DNA from: Chrysemys picta bellii
Lineage: Eukaryota
Length of the DNA stretch: 64,000 nt
Direction: 5' to 3'
Assembly (NCBI RefSeq): GCF_011386835.1
Contig: NC_088794.1
Span: forward strand, 23,250,001-23,314,000
Part shown: positions 61,010 through 64,000 of the stretch, one piece after another
Layout of the letters: every line of letters begins with the position of its first letter
Position numbering within the stretch: the first letter of the stretch is position 1
The notes under the pieces: generated by a model
Told to the model about the DNA's origin: nothing
The model's input: the letters and a program-made list of their open reading frames with translations, nothing else
Databases searched by the model: none
Position numbers and translations under genes: made by a program

Positions 61010-61470
61010 TGGGGCCTCTAGGCATCATCAAAATCAGGGCCCCATTGTGCTAGGCACTGTGTACACACACACACACACACACACACGGACACTCCCTGCA
61101 CTGAATAGCTTGCAATCTAAACAGGAGTGCCGCCAGCTTTTCTGCCGCCCTAGGCGGCGGAAGGTCCCACCCCGAAATGCCACCCGTCACAGAGGCGGCG
61201 GAAGGTCCCACTGCCGAAATACCGCCATGGTCGCCGCCCCCCAAATTGTAGTGCCCTAGGCGACCGTCTAGGTCACCTAATGGGTTGCGCCAGCCCTGAA
61301 TCTAAATAGACAAGACAGCCAAAGAAAGGATTATGATCCCATTTTATAGATGGGGAAACTGAGGCCCAGAGCAAGGAAGTGACTTGCACAAGGTCACACA
61401 GGGAATCTGACAGAGCCAGAACCTAGATCTTCTGAGTCCTAATCCAGTGCCTTAACCACAAGGCCATACT
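61010..61470 (-). mobile_element. MIR-type CORE-SINE interrupted by (CA)n and a hAT MITE
   Basis: ccccattgtgctaggcactgt..gcttgcaatctaaa[MITE]aatctaaatagacaagacag..ttttatagatggggaaactgaggcccagag. Confidence 0.75.
61122..61298. mobile_element. hAT MITE, 177 bp, nested in MIR
   Basis: Perfect TSD AATCTAAA at 61114-61121 and 61299-61306. TIRs match 9/12. Internal tandem ggcggcggaaggtcccac..ccgaaat. Confidence 0.88.
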
Positions 61471-62720
61471 TCCCTGCAGCCTGCCCCCTCCTCCCTTATG
61501 GAGAGATTTCCCTACTGAAATGGTGTGAGCTCTAGCAGAGTGGAATATGGCGACTTCCTCATCTCTTTGGGCTGGAGAAGCTCCCAAGCCCTGTGCTATG
61601 GGCAGACAATACCTGACTCCAGCTTTGATGGGCAGGATTGTGCCTCGTGCCCAGCCGTGCCAGAAATAGCTGGCAGAGGCCTGGCAGCCCGTCTGCCCTG
61701 GCAGCATGATAAACCTGATCAAGTCATCCACTCTCCCTCACCCTCTTTAGAAATAACGAGAGGGAAGGAGGAAGAAAGACAGCTAAAGAGGCAGAGGGGA
61801 AATAGAGCAGGGGCACTGCCAAGGGGAAAACCTCCCTGGAATATAAATATCCGGAGGTGAAGAGGTCCACTGCACATGGGCCCCTGTGCACACACTTGAA
61901 AGAAGCCTTTGGAGGAGCTGTGGACGGTGCACATGAAACAGAAACGGCTCCTTCTGTGGGAAGCTTTTCCTTCCTACGAGCTGGGCAGAAGGCACCTCTT
62001 GGCTGTCAGCAGAGCTGCCCTCACCTGTCAGCAGGTAATTAGGCCATTTATTCTGTGCTTTGAGGCCTCGAGGATGCCCATCAAAGCCCAAACCCTTGGC
62101 AGAGTGGCTGTGTGGCTAAGGGGGAGGACGAGAGAGGGTGAGTCCACGGCTGCCTACACACTTTAAAATAGAATTTAGGTTTTGTTCTCCTTAAAGACTC
62201 TTGGATTCCACCTCCCAAACAACCAATCCCTGTTTATACAAAACCCAGCAGCATGTAAGATAGAGCAGGGTTCCTACCAGGACAGCAGCAGCAGAATTTT
62301 ATTGAAGGGATCTGCTCAGCTTGGCAGAGTGGACACCTTTAAACTCACAAGGCTGCAGGATGGTCCAGTGAGTAGGGTCTTTGGTGTGGGAGACCCCTGG
62401 GTTCAAATTCCTGCTTTATCACTGACTTCCTGGGAGAGGTTGGGCAAGTCTTTTTGTATCCTGTGTGAAAAGTGGGGATAAAGGCGCTTCCCTTCCTCTC
62501 ACTGGGGTTACCAGGGCAACTGAATTAAAGATGGTGAGGTGCTATGTTAATACAGTACAGCTAATTATCTAGCATGGAGGTAGGCTTCCAGATTGGGTCT
62601 CAGTTGCAGGTGCGAGTAGATCACACGTAGGCTTAAATCTTCAGAAGTGACCTTAGATGCCTGACATGAGACATCTCAAAAGGGGTCTGATTTTCAGCCA
62701 GAGCTGAGCAGCTGCCCTCT

Positions 62721-63075
62721 GAAAAGACGGTTACTCACCGTTGTAACTGTTGTTCTTCGAGATGTGTTGCTCATATCCATTCCAATCAGGTGTGCGCGCG
62801 CCGCGTGCACGATCGTTGGAGAATTTTCTACCCTAGCAACACCCGGCGGGTCGGCTGTGGAGCCCCCTAGAGTGGCGCCTTCATGGCGCTGGATATATAC
62901 CCCAGCCGACCCGGCGCCCCCTCAGTTCCTTCTTGCCGGCTACTCCGACAGTGGGGAAGGGGGGCGGGTTTGGAATGGATATGAGCAACACATCTCAAAG
63001 AACAACAGTTACAACGGTGAGTAACCGTCTTTTCTTCTTAGAGTCCTTGCTCATATCGATTCCAATCAGGTGACT
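62721..63075. repeat. DIRS terminal repeat and internal complementary region
   Basis: 65-bp inverted repeat 62721-62785 / 62970-63034 (64/65). A third diverged partial copy ttcttagagtccttgctcatatcgattccaatcaggtg starts at 63035. Confidence 0.85.
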
Positions 63076-63087
63076 CCCAAGCCTTAC

Positions 63088-64000
63088 CTAGGTGGTGGGG
63101 TCAGAGTGAGACATTGCTGTGAGCAAAACCGCTGATCCGAATGCAGCATCGTCCCTGGACTGCTGTACCAGTGCGTAGTGAGCTGCAAATGTGTGGACTG
63201 ATGACCAAACTGCAGTTCTACAAATGTCCTGGATTGGAACTTGAGCCAGGAAGGCAGTCGAGGAAGCTTGGGCCCTCGTTGAGTGAGCGGTGAGGTGCGG
63301 CGTCGAGACACCGGCCAGGTCATAGCAAGTCCGGATGCAAGACGTGATCCAGGAGGACAGGCATTGTGAGGAGACCGGTAAGCCTTTCATCCGGTCGGCC
63401 ACTGCAACGAAGAGTTGTGTCGTCTTTCTAAACTGCTTTGTGCGGTCAATATAGAAAGCCAGGGCCCTGCGTACGTCCAAAGAATGCAAACGCTGGTCTT
63501 GGCGAGTAGCATGTGGTTTAGGATGGAAGACTGGGAGAAATATATCCTGATTCATGTGAAACGGTGAGACCACCTTAGGAAGAAAGGCAGGATGTGGACG
63601 AAGCTGCACTTTGTCCTTATGGAAAATCGTGTATGGGGGCTCGGATGTAAGCGCCGTGAGTTCAGAAACGCGCCTTGCTGAGGTGATGGCTACGAGGAAG
63701 GCTGTCTTCCAGGATAGGTACAGGAGTGAACAGGTGGCCAGTGGCTCGAATGGAGGCCCTGTGAGCTTGGAGAGAACCAGGTTGAGATCCCACATCGGAA
63801 CGGGCTGACGTTGTTGTGGGTACATCCGGTCTAAGCCCTTGAGGAATCTAACGACCATCGGGTTAGAGAATACCGAGGACGCGAGTTCCCCTGGGTGGAA
63901 GGCCGATATAGCGGCCAGGTGAACCCTAATTGAAGATATCGCCAAGCCCTGCTGTTTTAGGGATAGGAGATATTCCAATATGAGAGGAATAGGTGCCTGT
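63088..64000 (-). CDS. DIRS tyrosine recombinase (phage-integrase-like), 5-prime part outside window
   Basis: Frame is open from the window edge (QAPIPLILEYLL..) to the stop at 63088. Catalytic motifs SARRVSEL (R), HSTR (HxxR), W in AVWSS and Y in AAHY are all present. Confidence 0.9.
   Translation of the reverse strand, partial: QAPIPLILEYLLSLKQQGLAISSIRVHLAAISAFHPGELASSVFSNPMVVRFLKGLDRMYPQQRQPVPMWDLNLVLSKLTGPPFEPLATCSLLYLSWKTAFLVAITSARRVSELTALTSEPPYTIFHKDKVQLRPHPAFLPKVVSPFHMNQDIFLPVFHPKPHATRQDQRLHSLDVRRALAFYIDRTKQFRKTTQLFVAVADRMKGLPVSSQCLSSWITSCIRTCYDLAGVSTPHLTAHSTRAQASSTAFLAQVPIQDICRTAVWSSVHTFAAHYALVQQSRDDAAFGSAVLLTAMSHSDPTT

Larger units (their letters stand above)
62721..64000 (-). mobile_element. 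DIRS1-like tyrosine-recombinase retrotransposon, 3-prime end (continues beyond window)
   Basis: YR ORF followed by a terminal module of nested inverted and complementary repeats. CpG-rich. No TSD is expected for this class. Confidence 0.92.

Noticed and set aside
62721-63075. Repeat-spacer-repeat pattern as a CRISPR array
   Set aside because: The repeats are inverted and belong to the DIRS terminus. The context is eukaryotic and there are no cas genes.
63088-64000. Integrase as evidence of a prophage or bacterial contamination
   Set aside because: The motifs and adjacent terminal repeats fit a DIRS retrotransposon, and the flank is contiguous vertebrate repeat sequence.

Overview
Vertebrate genomic DNA, most likely turtle. 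This is inferred from the repeat inventory: CR1 LINEs, MIR-type CORE-SINEs, AmnSINE1, LF-SINE, Penelope, a DIRS tyrosine-recombinase retroelement and many hAT/Harbinger MITEs. I recognised no host protein-coding exon, rRNA or tRNA gene, or CRISPR array, so the window reads as a large intron or intergenic region. The protein-coding sequence I can support is all transposon-derived: a near-complete but four-times frameshifted hAT transposase (57264-59690, minus), an open DIRS tyrosine recombinase ORF running off the window end (63088-64000, minus), and remnants of CR1 ORF2 and a Penelope GIY-YIG domain. Seventeen hAT-type elements have target-site duplications I read directly, and several are nested in a datable order. 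The most notable small feature is a Penelope-derived 89-bp hairpin carrying a minimal hammerhead ribozyme motif on each strand. Several repeat-free, homeobox-motif-rich blocks look like conserved non-coding elements, but conservation cannot be shown without alignment. Repeat family names come from my recall of consensus sequences, not a database search. SINE and LINE boundaries are approximate; TIR and TSD coordinates were read base by base.
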